A stretch of DNA of 62,090 nt, from contig JAAYKL010000028.1 in NCBI GenBank assembly GCA_012522445.1, positions 1 through 62,090 of the forward strand. The letters run 5' to 3'. A program made the position numbers and the translations under genes. Positions 50,678-59,876 of this stretch are shown here, one piece after another. The number at the start of each line of letters is the position of its first letter. Position 1 is the first letter of the stretch. Under the pieces are notes generated by a model that saw only the letters and a program-made list of their open reading frames with translations, made no database searches and was not told where the DNA came from. This stretch comes from Myxococcales bacterium. Its GTDB lineage: Bacteria > Myxococcota_A > Polyangia > JAAYKL01.

Positions 50678-52489
50678 ATGAAAACCAGAAATTGGACTTG
50701 GTTATTTGCAGTCACATTGTGGTGCGGCGTGCCGGCGTGCGACACCTCTTCGGATGACCCCGCGCAATATGACGACGACAACAACACGCCCGGAGAGAAC
50801 AACAACACGCCCGGCGACAACAACAACAACGCGCCGGACAACAACAACAATACGCCCGGCGACAACAACAACAATACGCCCGGTGACAACAACAACAACG
50901 CGCCGGACAACAACAACAACACGCCGGGAAACAACAACAACACGCCGGACGATAGCGACACGCCCTTGCCGCCCCTGGTCGACACCCCCAAAGAAGACTT
51001 CACCGAGACCGTCAACGGCGTCTCCTCCGACATGATCTTCATCGAAGGCGGCACCTTCACCCTCGGCTGCGAAACCGCTCCTTGCCCCGCGGACGCAGCA
51101 CCGGTCTCCGGCGTGGTGGTGAGCAGCTACCACATCGGCAAAACCGAGGTCACCGTCGCGCTCTGGAACGCCGTCATGGACGACAACAAAACCTCTTTTG
51201 GCGGTTCCTCAGGCTCGTACACCGGCATGACCTGGTACGACGCCATGGCCTTTGCCTGCCAACTCCGCCACCTGACCGGCCGCAACTACCACATGACCAC
51301 CGAGGCCGAATGGGAGTACGCCGCCAAAAACCACGTGAGCCGCCTCGAGAAAATCGGCTCCGGCGAAGAGTGGGCCTACAACACCTGGAGCGGCCAGCAC
51401 ATGGGCGGCACCGATCCCGTGGGTCCCCAGAGCGGTCTGCACACCCAAAAGACGCGCCGCGACGCACAAAACACCGCCGACAACATCACCGGGCGCCTCA
51501 TCCGCTCCATCGAGGGCACCGGGCCCGCGCTGCGCTTGGCCATCTCCGCCGAGAGCGACTTCCCGCCGGGCATGGTGCACCCCTGCGATCTGAAAGCACC
51601 GCAGATGGGCGAAGAGCCGGTCAACTCCTACCGCGACCCCCGCTGGGTCACAGGCAGCAACGAGAAGTGGGGGCCTGCGGGCTCCATCGCCATCGGCAAC
51701 TTCGACGTGCGGGTGTGGGAGGACGGCACGGCAAAAGTCGGCAACACCAACGGCCAGTGGTTCACCAGCAACAACATCGCCTTTGTCTTTGTCCCCACCT
51801 CGGGCGACCTGCGAAAATACGCCTACATTTTCCTCGACGACACCCAGGGGTCCCTCATCTCCGAGACCAGCTTCATGAGCGGGGGCTTCATCGGCCGCAT
51901 AGAGCGCCAAGCGGCAGACAGCGTGGAAAAGCCCACAATCACAGGCCTGAAGAGCGGCGCCGAGTTGGCCGCAGCCGCCGGTCCCAACTACGCCATGGTC
52001 GACATGGTCAACATCCCCGCATCCGCCAAACAGCAAGACCCGCGCCTCCTCGACGGCCCCAACCAAGGCTGGTTCCAGGACAACCGCAGCGCAGGCGGCG
52101 TGCACCACTATCGCAAAGACGTCGACCCCGACGAATTTCGCTTCACCGTCAACCAAGGCGGCGGCAGCGTCATGCTCGCCAACGGCGAATGGTTCACCGT
52201 CAACAACACCTTCTTGCGCGTCACCCACGCCAGCGGATACACCGCCGACTACCTCTACGCGGTCGACAGCAGCGGCACCTTCTACCACAACTCCTTCATG
52301 GCCTATGAGCGCGGCGACTTCCGCATGTTCAAAAAGACCGACAACAACAGCGAGCCCTTCAACGCCACCTGCGGCAGCATCTGCAGCGACGAAATCCCCA
52401 AGAACCAAGAAGCCTCCCTCTATTCGCGCATGGACAACGGACACTCCACCTTTGTGCCGGCCCCCTGCCCCGCCGGTGGCTGCCAATAG
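50678..52489 (+). CDS. Lipoprotein with a (NNNTPGD)n linker, an FGE-sulfatase/SUMF1-fold domain and a C-terminal region with internal repeats
   Basis: Lipobox GVPACD. FGE-like motifs IEGGTFTLG ... YHIGKTEVTVALW ... MTWYDAMAFACQL ... YHMTTEAEWEYAA. RBS AAGGAG. Confidence 0.65.
   Translation: MKTRNWTWLFAVTLWCGVPACDTSSDDPAQYDDDNNTPGENNNTPGDNNNNAPDNNNNTPGDNNNNTPGDNNNNAPDNNNNTPGNNNNTPDDSDTPLPPLVDTPKEDFTETVNGVSSDMIFIEGGTFTLGCETAPCPADAAPVSGVVVSSYHIGKTEVTVALWNAVMDDNKTSFGGSSGSYTGMTWYDAMAFACQLRHLTGRNYHMTTEAEWEYAAKNHVSRLEKIGSGEEWAYNTWSGQHMGGTDPVGPQSGLHTQKTRRDAQNTADNITGRLIRSIEGTGPALRLAISAESDFPPGMVHPCDLKAPQMGEEPVNSYRDPRWVTGSNEKWGPAGSIAIGNFDVRVWEDGTAKVGNTNGQWFTSNNIAFVFVPTSGDLRKYAYIFLDDTQGSLISETSFMSGGFIGRIERQAADSVEKPTITGLKSGAELAAAAGPNYAMVDMVNIPASAKQQDPRLLDGPNQGWFQDNRSAGGVHHYRKDVDPDEFRFTVNQGGGSVMLANGEWFTVNNTFLRVTHASGYTADYLYAVDSSGTFYHNSFMAYERGDFRMFKKTDNNSEPFNATCGSICSDEIPKNQEASLYSRMDNGHSTFVPAPCPAGGCQ
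50790..50945 (+). repeat. Tandem codon repeat encoding (D/G)NNNN(T/A)PG units
   Basis: gacaacaacaacaa(t/c)(a/g)cgcc(c/g)gg(c/t) is repeated about six times. Confidence 0.75.
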
Positions 52490-52573
52490 CCCATCGCCGC
52501 CCCGGCAACAACAGCGCATCCAACGCTGTTCGCAAACCGGCAAACGACAACGGCGTACTGCCAAAAATCGCGG

Positions 52574-54457
52574 TTAGTAAATGACCAAGCTGCCCACGGA
52601 AAACTTCGGCAGGTCGATGACCAGTGGCCCGTCGGTGGGCGCCTCCCACGTATAAGCGGGCACATCGGAGAGGATGGGGCCACCGGCAACCTCGGTGGTG
52701 GTGATGCCGTTGAGGGACACCTTGCGCGACGTCAAGCTGTCGCCCGTGAGGATCCAGGCGTTTACGGCACCGGCTGCAGCGCGGGCCTCTAACGCCACGG
52801 TCACTTGGCGCGGCGCGTCGCTTTGGTTGATCAACACCAGGCCGTTCTCGCCGCCCGCAAAACGGCTGGCATAGGCGAACACTTGCCCGTCGGAAGAGGC
52901 GCTCTGCACCAGCTCGCTGCCAAAGTTTCGCCCGTAAAAATGGTAGGCGTAATACGAGGGATGCGGCGTGTGATCGGCGACACCGGGATTATCATTGTTG
53001 CGAGAGAGAAAACCGTGATCGCCCTCCGCGTCTTCGTCCCAACCGTTGGCGATGTTCCACAGACAGGCCGCGTCGAAGTCGTGGGTGAGCAATTCGCCGA
53101 GCACCTTGGGAATGAACAGGCCGCTCACCAGGGACACGGTGTGCGGGTTGTCCGGGTGCGTGGTGTTGAACTCGCCCAGCAGCAGGCCGACATCCCGCCC
53201 GCGATGCGTGTGTTCGCTGAGCAGTCGATCGAAGTCGGCGCGGTACTCGGCCACTTGAGACGTCAGGTCGAGCACTTTGTCCGCGGTGATGGAGCTGGGA
53301 GAGCTCACCCATTTGAAGTAATTGTGCACGTCGAGAAAGTCGATGGCATCGGCCAGCCCCGGCGTGGAGAGCACTTCGACGGTCCAGTCGCGATACGTCT
53401 TCCGCGGGTCGACGCTGCTGTCGATGCGCTCGTCGTCCACCGGGGATGCGGCGACGCCGATGTGAATGCTGGGGTCCACCGCGCGCATAGCCGCGGCAAA
53501 GGCGATGGCGTTTTGCGCATAGGTGGTGCCGTCGAAGGAGTGGCCGGTCTCCCACGTGCCGTAGACCTCGTTGCCGATTTCCCAGTACTGGACGCCCACG
53601 GGCTCTGGGTGACCGTCTGCAGCGCGCCGCGCCGCCCAGTCGATGCCGCCGTTGGGGTTGCTGCCGTCGTTGGGCGCGTTGAAGTACTCGACCCAATCCG
53701 CCGCCAGCGCCGTGGCCTCGGCCAAGGTGCCGTACATCGCATAGCCGTGGTTCACCGCGACCAAGGGAATGCTGCCGAGTTCTTTGATGAGCGTGATGTA
53801 CTCGGCCGAGCTCATCGCCCAATTCGCCATGAGGTTTTCTCGGTGCTTCACCGGGTCGGGAAAGTTGCCGTCGAAGTGGTACTCGTCGGATGTGCTGCCG
53901 CCGGGGAAGCGCAGCAGCCCCACGCTCACCGCCTTGAGCCGCTCCATAAACGCCGGTGCATCGCGAAACGAGCTGCTCACCCACACCGCGATGTTGTTGC
54001 CGGTTATCGTGGGCGGAATGCGGCGGCGCACCTGATCGCTGTGAACGATCACCGTCACCGGGCTGCCGGTTAACGCCGGCGGTGTCGTCCCGCCCGTGAG
54101 AACGGGTGGCGCCGATTTGGGTTGGTAGTCTTTGCGAAACGAAACGGTTTCATCAGTCCCATTGTTATCGGTGTCTGCGCCCGTGGTATCGGTCGGGGTG
54201 CCGCTATCCGATCCGGGCGGTGTGTCATCGGTGCTCTGCGGGTCGCTGCCCTTCGGATCACTGCTTTGCGGATCGCTGCTCGATGGATCTCTGCTCGGCA
54301 GGTTGGTGTCCGAAGGATCACTGCTTTGTGGATCGCTGCTCCCGGGTCCGTCCGTCGCGTTGGATGGCGGAGCGTCGCCGTCACTCGTGCCACTGCAAGC
54401 CCACCCCCCAAAAAACAACGCGACCGCCAACAGCCAAAACCACATTGAAAGTCTCAT
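52574..54457 (-). CDS. Glycoside hydrolase, clan GH-A (GH51 alpha-L-arabinofuranosidase-like) lipoprotein with a Ser/Asp/Pro-rich linker
   Basis: Lipobox GGWACS. LRFPGGSTSDEYHF and WEIGNEVYG (acid/base NE) motifs. C-terminal beta-sandwich. Confidence 0.65.
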   Translation of the reverse strand: MRLSMWFWLLAVALFFGGWACSGTSDGDAPPSNATDGPGSSDPQSSDPSDTNLPSRDPSSSDPQSSDPKGSDPQSTDDTPPGSDSGTPTDTTGADTDNNGTDETVSFRKDYQPKSAPPVLTGGTTPPALTGSPVTVIVHSDQVRRRIPPTITGNNIAVWVSSSFRDAPAFMERLKAVSVGLLRFPGGSTSDEYHFDGNFPDPVKHRENLMANWAMSSAEYITLIKELGSIPLVAVNHGYAMYGTLAEATALAADWVEYFNAPNDGSNPNGGIDWAARRAADGHPEPVGVQYWEIGNEVYGTWETGHSFDGTTYAQNAIAFAAAMRAVDPSIHIGVAASPVDDERIDSSVDPRKTYRDWTVEVLSTPGLADAIDFLDVHNYFKWVSSPSSITADKVLDLTSQVAEYRADFDRLLSEHTHRGRDVGLLLGEFNTTHPDNPHTVSLVSGLFIPKVLGELLTHDFDAACLWNIANGWDEDAEGDHGFLSRNNDNPGVADHTPHPSYYAYHFYGRNFGSELVQSASSDGQVFAYASRFAGGENGLVLINQSDAPRQVTVALEARAAAGAVNAWILTGDSLTSRKVSLNGITTTEVAGGPILSDVPAYTWEAPTDGPLVIDLPKFSVGSLVIY

Positions 54458-54537
54458 AAAGCAAATCCTTTCCGCTTAAATTTTGTTAACAGCATAATAG
54501 TTCATCCACAAAGTTCACACGAGAAATTCTTGCACGG

Positions 54538-54556
54538 CCCCGCGCAAAACACGCGT
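54538..54556. promoter_or_regulatory. Second copy of the CGCGCAAAACACGCGTCG element in the divergent GH51-like/PL11 intergenic region
   Basis: Exact 13-mer shared with 50633-50645. It is palindromic around ACGCGT. Confidence 0.35.
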
Positions 54557-54678
54557 CGTGCAATCGCCCTCATCATGGCGACGAACACATTTTGGCCTAC
54601 AAACTGAGCAGAATTGTCGATTCCGTTCACACTGTTTTTCGTACTCTTTTTATATCCACTGTTGAAAGGGAGGCTCCC

Positions 54679-56796
54679 ATGAACAAAAACCTTTGTCTTT
54701 GGCTGCTAATGGTCTCCGTACTCTGCGGACTTTCGGCGTGCTCCACTTCTGACGAAGATGCAGCGCCGCACGACAGCGCTGCGAATACAGATACCAACAA
54801 CCCCTTTTATGTGCCGCCAGGCGGCAGCGACACGCCCTACGGCACCGACCTGCAAAGCACCGACCCACTAAGCAGTGACACGCCCTACGGCACCGACCCG
54901 CAAAGCACCGACCCGCAAAGCACCGACCCGCAAAGCACCGACCCGCAAAGCACCGACCTGCAAAGCACCGACCCGCAAAGCACTGCCGACGACACAGGCG
55001 CTCCCGAGGGCCCATGCCAGGCGTCGCCGAAGGGGCACTTTCAAATGGAAAACCTCGATCGCGGCCTCGTCGCCGTGCGCCAAAACAATGGCAATTTCGT
55101 CAGTTGGCGCATGATGGGCTACGAGTACAACCGCAGCGCGCCGCACACCGTCAGCTACAAGCTCTACCGCAATGACACGCTCGTCGCAGAGATCACCGAC
55201 AGCACCAACTACTTCGACGCGGGTGCCCCGGGCACGGCGCAATACAGCGTCAGCCTCGTCGACAACGGAACGGAGTGCGAACGCTCCAACCCCGTGCAGC
55301 CCTGGGCCACAGAATACCTGCGGATCCCCTTGCAAAAACCCGGCGATGACTACGAGGCCAACGACGCCAGCCCCGGCGACTTGGATGGCGACGGCCAATA
55401 CGACATTGTCCTCAAATGGCAGCCCCACAACGCCAAGGACAACGCCCATGACGGGATCACCTCCAACACCTATCTCGACGGCATCAAGTTGGATGGCACC
55501 CGGCTCTGGCGCATTGACTTGGGACCCAACATCCGCTCTGGCGCGCACTACACGCAGTTCGCGGTTTACGACTTCGATGGCGACGGCAAGGCCGAAGTCG
55601 CCGTCAAGACAGCCCCCGGCACACGAGACAGCACCGGAAACTATCTGCGCCTCGGCCCCGCTGCCCGCGATGATCACAGCGCCATTTACCGCAACAACAA
55701 TGGCTATATCCTGAGCGGGCCCGAATACTTAACCGTCTTCAGCGGCGAAACCGGGGTAGAGCTCGCCACCGTTGAATTTCCGGTGTTGCGGGGAAGCGTC
55801 AACAGTTGGGGCGACAATTACGGCAACCGCGTAGACCGCTTCAACGGCGGCGCGGCCATCATCACCGATACCCCAAACGGTCCCAGCGGCCGCCCCAGCA
55901 TCCTCATGCAGCGCGGCTACTACACACGGCTCACCATGAGCGCCCTCAATTTCCGCGACGGCCAGTTGAGCACTGTCTGGATTTTCGATTCCGACAAGCC
56001 CGGCAATTCTCGAGCGGCAGGCCAAGGCAACCACTCGGCCATGCCCGCAGACATGAACGGCGACGGCGGACAGGAGATCAACACCGGCGCGCTGACCATT
56101 CGCAGCGACGGCACCTTTGGTTGCACGACCGGCAGGGGACACGGCGATGCACATCACGTCGGCGAACTAATCGTCGGCAAGGGCATCAGCGTCTTCACGG
56201 TCTACGAAGGCACAGGGGGCTATTCCGTTCACGACGGGTACACCTGCAGCATCTACACGCAGTCCACAGGCGGAGATGACAACGGCCGTGGCGTGGCCGA
56301 TGACATCTACGACGGCAATCCCGGCGCCGAATTTTGGAGCGCCACTGGCGACGGACTGCGAGATGCCCAAACCGGCGATCTCGTGGGCAACAAGCCGCCC
56401 TCTCAAAACTTTTTGATTTACTGGGACGGAGACGAGAGCCGCGAGCTCCTCGATCGCAACCGCATCGACAAATACCACCCCTCAGGCAGTAGGCGCTTGC
56501 TGACGGCCCAGGGCTGCGACAGCAACAACGGCACCAAGAGCACCCCCGTCCTCAGCGCCGATCTCTTTGGCGACTGGCGCGAAGAGCTGATCCTGCGGGA
56601 AGACAACAACAGCGCGCTGCGGGTGTACACCACCACCACCGTAACCGCGCGGCGCATCTACACCCTGATGCACGACCCCACCTATCGCATGCAGGTGAGC
56701 TGGCAGCAGTCCTCTTACAACCAGCCGCCCCACGTCGGATTCCACATCGGCAGCGGCATGGTGGACCCGCCCGAACCGGACATTCACGTCAAATAA
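54679..56796 (+). CDS. Rhamnogalacturonan lyase-like (polysaccharide lyase family 11) lipoprotein
   Basis: Lipobox GLSACS. YesW-like beta-propeller motifs (YDFDGDGKAEVAVK, DLDGDGQYDIV). RBS AAAGGGAGG. Confidence 0.65.
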   Translation: MNKNLCLWLLMVSVLCGLSACSTSDEDAAPHDSAANTDTNNPFYVPPGGSDTPYGTDLQSTDPLSSDTPYGTDPQSTDPQSTDPQSTDPQSTDLQSTDPQSTADDTGAPEGPCQASPKGHFQMENLDRGLVAVRQNNGNFVSWRMMGYEYNRSAPHTVSYKLYRNDTLVAEITDSTNYFDAGAPGTAQYSVSLVDNGTECERSNPVQPWATEYLRIPLQKPGDDYEANDASPGDLDGDGQYDIVLKWQPHNAKDNAHDGITSNTYLDGIKLDGTRLWRIDLGPNIRSGAHYTQFAVYDFDGDGKAEVAVKTAPGTRDSTGNYLRLGPAARDDHSAIYRNNNGYILSGPEYLTVFSGETGVELATVEFPVLRGSVNSWGDNYGNRVDRFNGGAAIITDTPNGPSGRPSILMQRGYYTRLTMSALNFRDGQLSTVWIFDSDKPGNSRAAGQGNHSAMPADMNGDGGQEINTGALTIRSDGTFGCTTGRGHGDAHHVGELIVGKGISVFTVYEGTGGYSVHDGYTCSIYTQSTGGDDNGRGVADDIYDGNPGAEFWSATGDGLRDAQTGDLVGNKPPSQNFLIYWDGDESRELLDRNRIDKYHPSGSRRLLTAQGCDSNNGTKSTPVLSADLFGDWREELILREDNNSALRVYTTTTVTARRIYTLMHDPTYRMQVSWQQSSYNQPPHVGFHIGSGMVDPPEPDIHVK
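54826..54981 (+). repeat. Nested perfect tandem repeats (15-nt unit caccgacccgcaaag x6 inside a 51-nt unit x2) encoding (TDPQS)n
   Basis: Four exact consecutive 15-mers at 54892-54951. Two more copies have one substitution. Confidence 0.85.
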
Positions 56797-56807
56797 ACTG
56801 TCGGAAT

Positions 56808-58451
56808 TTATATGCCAGAGCAGTATGGGTAGCCCGCGTTGGGGCGCCCGGCGATGTACTCTTCGAGCCAGGTCATGGCGGCGCGCTTGCTGCCATTGGC
56901 GTTGAGGATTCCGGTGCCCTCTTTCCAGGTGGCCCCTTCCACATAGCCCCACAGGGTCACGCCGCCCACAGCGGGATGCTCCCAATACATCGGAAACAAA
57001 TTGCGGTAGCTGTTGTATTGCGTCGTTTCAGACGGGTTGTTGCCGCCGTTTAAATCCAGCTCGGTGGCGTAGACCGGCACGCCGCCCCTCGCCATGCGGT
57101 CCAGGTTGGTTTTCAGCGTGTTGGGCGTGTTCACCAACCCATCGACGTTAAAGCAGTGCGCTTGGGTGCCGAAGCCATCGATGAGGCCCCTGTCGCGCAA
57201 CACCTTCACCAGGCCCAGCATTTCGTCGATGCCCGGCGGGTTGTTCTCCAATTCATAATCATTGAGGACCAACTTGGCGTTTGGAAAATGCGCGCGCGCC
57301 TTGGAGAAGAGCCAAATCGCCCAATCGTAACCCGTCTCCCCGGGGCCGCCCAAGCCCGCTCGAAAGTAGGGCGTGCCCGCCGCGTGTTCTTGGCCGTTGT
57401 AGGTGTTTTGGTAGAGGTTCTCGTTGAGCACGTCGATTTGGTCGATATAGGGATAGCGATTGGCGATGGCGACCATGTACTCCTCCATCTCCGCTTGAAA
57501 ATCTTGGGGCGACAGGCTGGTAATCCATGACGGGTATTGGCTGCCCCAGGCCAGCGCGTGATAGCGAAACATCAGGTGGTTGTTTTTGGCGTGGTTGTAG
57601 GCGAGGTCCGCTTGTGTCCAATTCATCTGGTTGCGCGTGCCTTCCACCGAACCCCACTTGCACGAGTTTTCGGCTGTAACCCCATTCCAGTAATTGTTGA
57701 AATCGGAGCGCACAGAGTAGGGAATGATGTTGCCCAAGTACTTGCCCTTGCAGGCGCTCATACCGCGCTGGGTCACCGCTTGTGCTCCCACGGTGATCAG
57801 CACGCCCGCCGATGTAAACGCCGCACCGGCGTTGTCCGTGGCCTTCGCCGTAATGCGGTACTCGCCTGCCGGCACATTTTCCCACATCTGCATGTACGTA
57901 TGCGCAGAGTGCGTGGTCTGCTCGCCCAGCTTGGTGGTGTTTGCGGGCTGTGCCACCGGCGCGTAGAAAAACTCCACCTTGGTGACCGTACCATCGGCGA
58001 AAGAGCCGCCAATGTCGGTGGCATAGGCGCGTATCGCCACCGAAGAGCCCTGCTGAAAATAGGCGTTCACGTGCGGTTGTGTGAGCACGCACGATGGCGG
58101 TGTGTTGGGATCGGTACTCACCACTATCGTATCGGTGTCCACAATCGTGTCGGTGCCATCATCGCCGGTGTCCTCACCAGGCGGTACGGATTCGCTATCT
58201 GGCGGGTCGCTTCCCTGCACATCGCTACCGTGCGCATCGCTGCCGTGTGGATTGCTGCCATGCGAATCACTGCCAAACCAATCGCTGCTGTGCGCATTGT
58301 TGTCGTGTGTATCTGGTACATAATTGTTGTCGCCGTTGTTGGCGTTGGCGTCCGCGTTATCGCCCCACGGCGATTCGCCATCATCTCCGGAATCACAGGC
58401 CCAAACGCCCCACAACAACGCGAAAACCAGCCACAAACGCCATCCTTGCAT
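56808..58451 (-). CDS. Glycoside hydrolase family 10 (endo-1,4-beta-xylanase-like) lipoprotein with an Ig-like N-terminal domain
   Basis: Lipobox GVWACD. RYHALAWGSQ, DVLNENLYQ (acid/base) and YATELDLNG (nucleophile) motifs. (G/H)SD-repeat linker. Confidence 0.7.
   Translation of the reverse strand: MQGWRLWLVFALLWGVWACDSGDDGESPWGDNADANANNGDNNYVPDTHDNNAHSSDWFGSDSHGSNPHGSDAHGSDVQGSDPPDSESVPPGEDTGDDGTDTIVDTDTIVVSTDPNTPPSCVLTQPHVNAYFQQGSSVAIRAYATDIGGSFADGTVTKVEFFYAPVAQPANTTKLGEQTTHSAHTYMQMWENVPAGEYRITAKATDNAGAAFTSAGVLITVGAQAVTQRGMSACKGKYLGNIIPYSVRSDFNNYWNGVTAENSCKWGSVEGTRNQMNWTQADLAYNHAKNNHLMFRYHALAWGSQYPSWITSLSPQDFQAEMEEYMVAIANRYPYIDQIDVLNENLYQNTYNGQEHAAGTPYFRAGLGGPGETGYDWAIWLFSKARAHFPNAKLVLNDYELENNPPGIDEMLGLVKVLRDRGLIDGFGTQAHCFNVDGLVNTPNTLKTNLDRMARGGVPVYATELDLNGGNNPSETTQYNSYRNLFPMYWEHPAVGGVTLWGYVEGATWKEGTGILNANGSKRAAMTWLEEYIAGRPNAGYPYCSGI
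58190..58320 (-). repeat. Imperfect 24-nt codon repeats (atcgctgcc...) encoding (HGSDx)n linker
   Basis: atcgctaccgtgcgc / atcgctgccgtgtgg / attgctgccatgcga / atcactgcc... Confidence 0.6.
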
Positions 58452-58587
58452 TTTCACAAAACACCTCCCTGGTTGTATCTCGCCGCGTCGAAACGATTCA
58501 TTCGAGCGGCGCATTGGTATCTTTTCGTCGCAAACAAAACCGTTGCAGCAGCCATTGCCAAGACGCCCGTGGTAGAGCGGCGACATA

Positions 58588-59799
58588 TCAACGCGGTGGA
58601 TTTAAGAAGGGGTCCGCGGCGATGTCGCGAAAGGCCGCAATGGACTCCGGCGATGAATCGAGCGACCAAGTACAGGTGTGTGGCGGCCCGGTATCGAAGT
58701 AAACGACGGCGCGGATGCGGGTCCTCGTCGTGGCCAACACAACGGGAATTTCGCGCAACCAATCCGCCTTTGACGGGGTCTCTGCGCCGTGCTCTTCGGA
58801 GCCAAACTCAGCCAGCATAAGCGGTTTTTCGGGGTGGTGTTGGCCCGTCCATTCGTAAAACCACTCGGTCATCTCCTCGAAGCTCCGCCACTTGGCAGTT
58901 TCGCGACAGCCGAACCAATTGTATGGGTCGTAAGCAATCCAGTCGACGTAGGCATCTCCAGGATAGAGGCCGCCTTCGTAGAGATCTTGGTGGCCGTTAA
59001 ACCCCATCACATTCCACACCCAAACCACATTGGTGACCCCCAAGGCCGCAAAGTGATCGTGAACGTGTCGGAACGCCGCAGCAAACTCCGCGGCGGTGCC
59101 CTTGCCGTCGCGCACCTCATCCTCGGGTTCGTGGTGAAAGGTCAAAAACAAAGGCCGGCCAAACGCCGCAATGCGGGCAGCGGTTACGGCGATTTGTTCG
59201 TCTTCTTTGCCCGCAGCAATGTCTCCCCAAATCACAGTACCATCGGCGTGTGCGCCCTTCCAATTGAGCAAGAGATGACGGCCCGCCTCTGCGGCTTGCA
59301 CATCGAACGCCTTGGGGAAAACAGAAGTCCAGCGGTGGTACGCGTGATAGATATCGGCCATCCGTCCGTACATGGCCTCGCGAACCGGCAACACATCCTG
59401 TGGGTCTCCGAGCTGGTGATCGCTGTTGAGCCCCAACCATGCCCCAGCAGCCGGCAACAAAATGTCCCGACCATCAGGCGGTGCGTCGGTGTCGTTCACC
59501 GTGTCCATAAGCGTGTGGGAATCGCTGCCGGACAGCGTGTCGATGGGCGCGCCTGAGGATGTATCGACAACAACGGTGTCGACAAATGGATGCTCGCCAT
59601 CATCTGTGGAACTGCTGCCATCGGAAGGGACGCCATCGCGATTGCCCGTGTCCAACGCATCTGTGCCGTCGGTGGCTCCATGCGGCGCTTCGTCCTTCGC
59701 ACTGCTGGATTCGCCACAGGCCAGTGGCAGAAAAAGGCAACACGCCAAGAGCCATCTAGCGCAAGTTTTCTCAGCGCGTTTGCATGCCACTTCTTTCAT
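58588..59799 (-). CDS. Glycoside hydrolase family 26 (beta-mannanase/xylanase-like) lipoprotein
   Basis: Lipobox LPLACG. GH26 motifs FHHEPEDE, NVVWVWNVMGFNG, DAYVDWIAYDPYNW and MLAEFG. RBS GGGAGA. Confidence 0.65.
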   Translation of the reverse strand: MKEVACKRAEKTCARWLLACCLFLPLACGESSSAKDEAPHGATDGTDALDTGNRDGVPSDGSSSTDDGEHPFVDTVVVDTSSGAPIDTLSGSDSHTLMDTVNDTDAPPDGRDILLPAAGAWLGLNSDHQLGDPQDVLPVREAMYGRMADIYHAYHRWTSVFPKAFDVQAAEAGRHLLLNWKGAHADGTVIWGDIAAGKEDEQIAVTAARIAAFGRPLFLTFHHEPEDEVRDGKGTAAEFAAAFRHVHDHFAALGVTNVVWVWNVMGFNGHQDLYEGGLYPGDAYVDWIAYDPYNWFGCRETAKWRSFEEMTEWFYEWTGQHHPEKPLMLAEFGSEEHGAETPSKADWLREIPVVLATTRTRIRAVVYFDTGPPHTCTWSLDSSPESIAAFRDIAADPFLNPPR

Positions 59800-59876
59800 C
59801 GTGATTCTCCCGTAATTTCCGCCTTGCAGCGGCCCCGCTGCGACAACGGCGTTCGGTAACTCAGCGTGGGCGCTGT

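Noticed and set aside
48505-52489. Sulfatase plus FGE maturase pair (the membrane sulfatase-family protein followed by the FGE-fold protein)
   Set aside because: The upstream enzyme has the EptA/LtaS-type Thr/Ser nucleophile region, not the C-x-P-x-R formylglycine motif. The FGE-fold protein lacks the C-terminal FGE catalytic signature. Adjacency is probably coincidental.
54826-54981. Tandem direct repeats considered as a possible CRISPR array or minisatellite outside genes
   Set aside because: The repeats are 15 nt, contiguous without spacers and in frame inside the PL11 gene (TDPQS units). No cas genes or repeat-spacer periodicity of 28-37 nt plus spacer occurs anywhere in the window.
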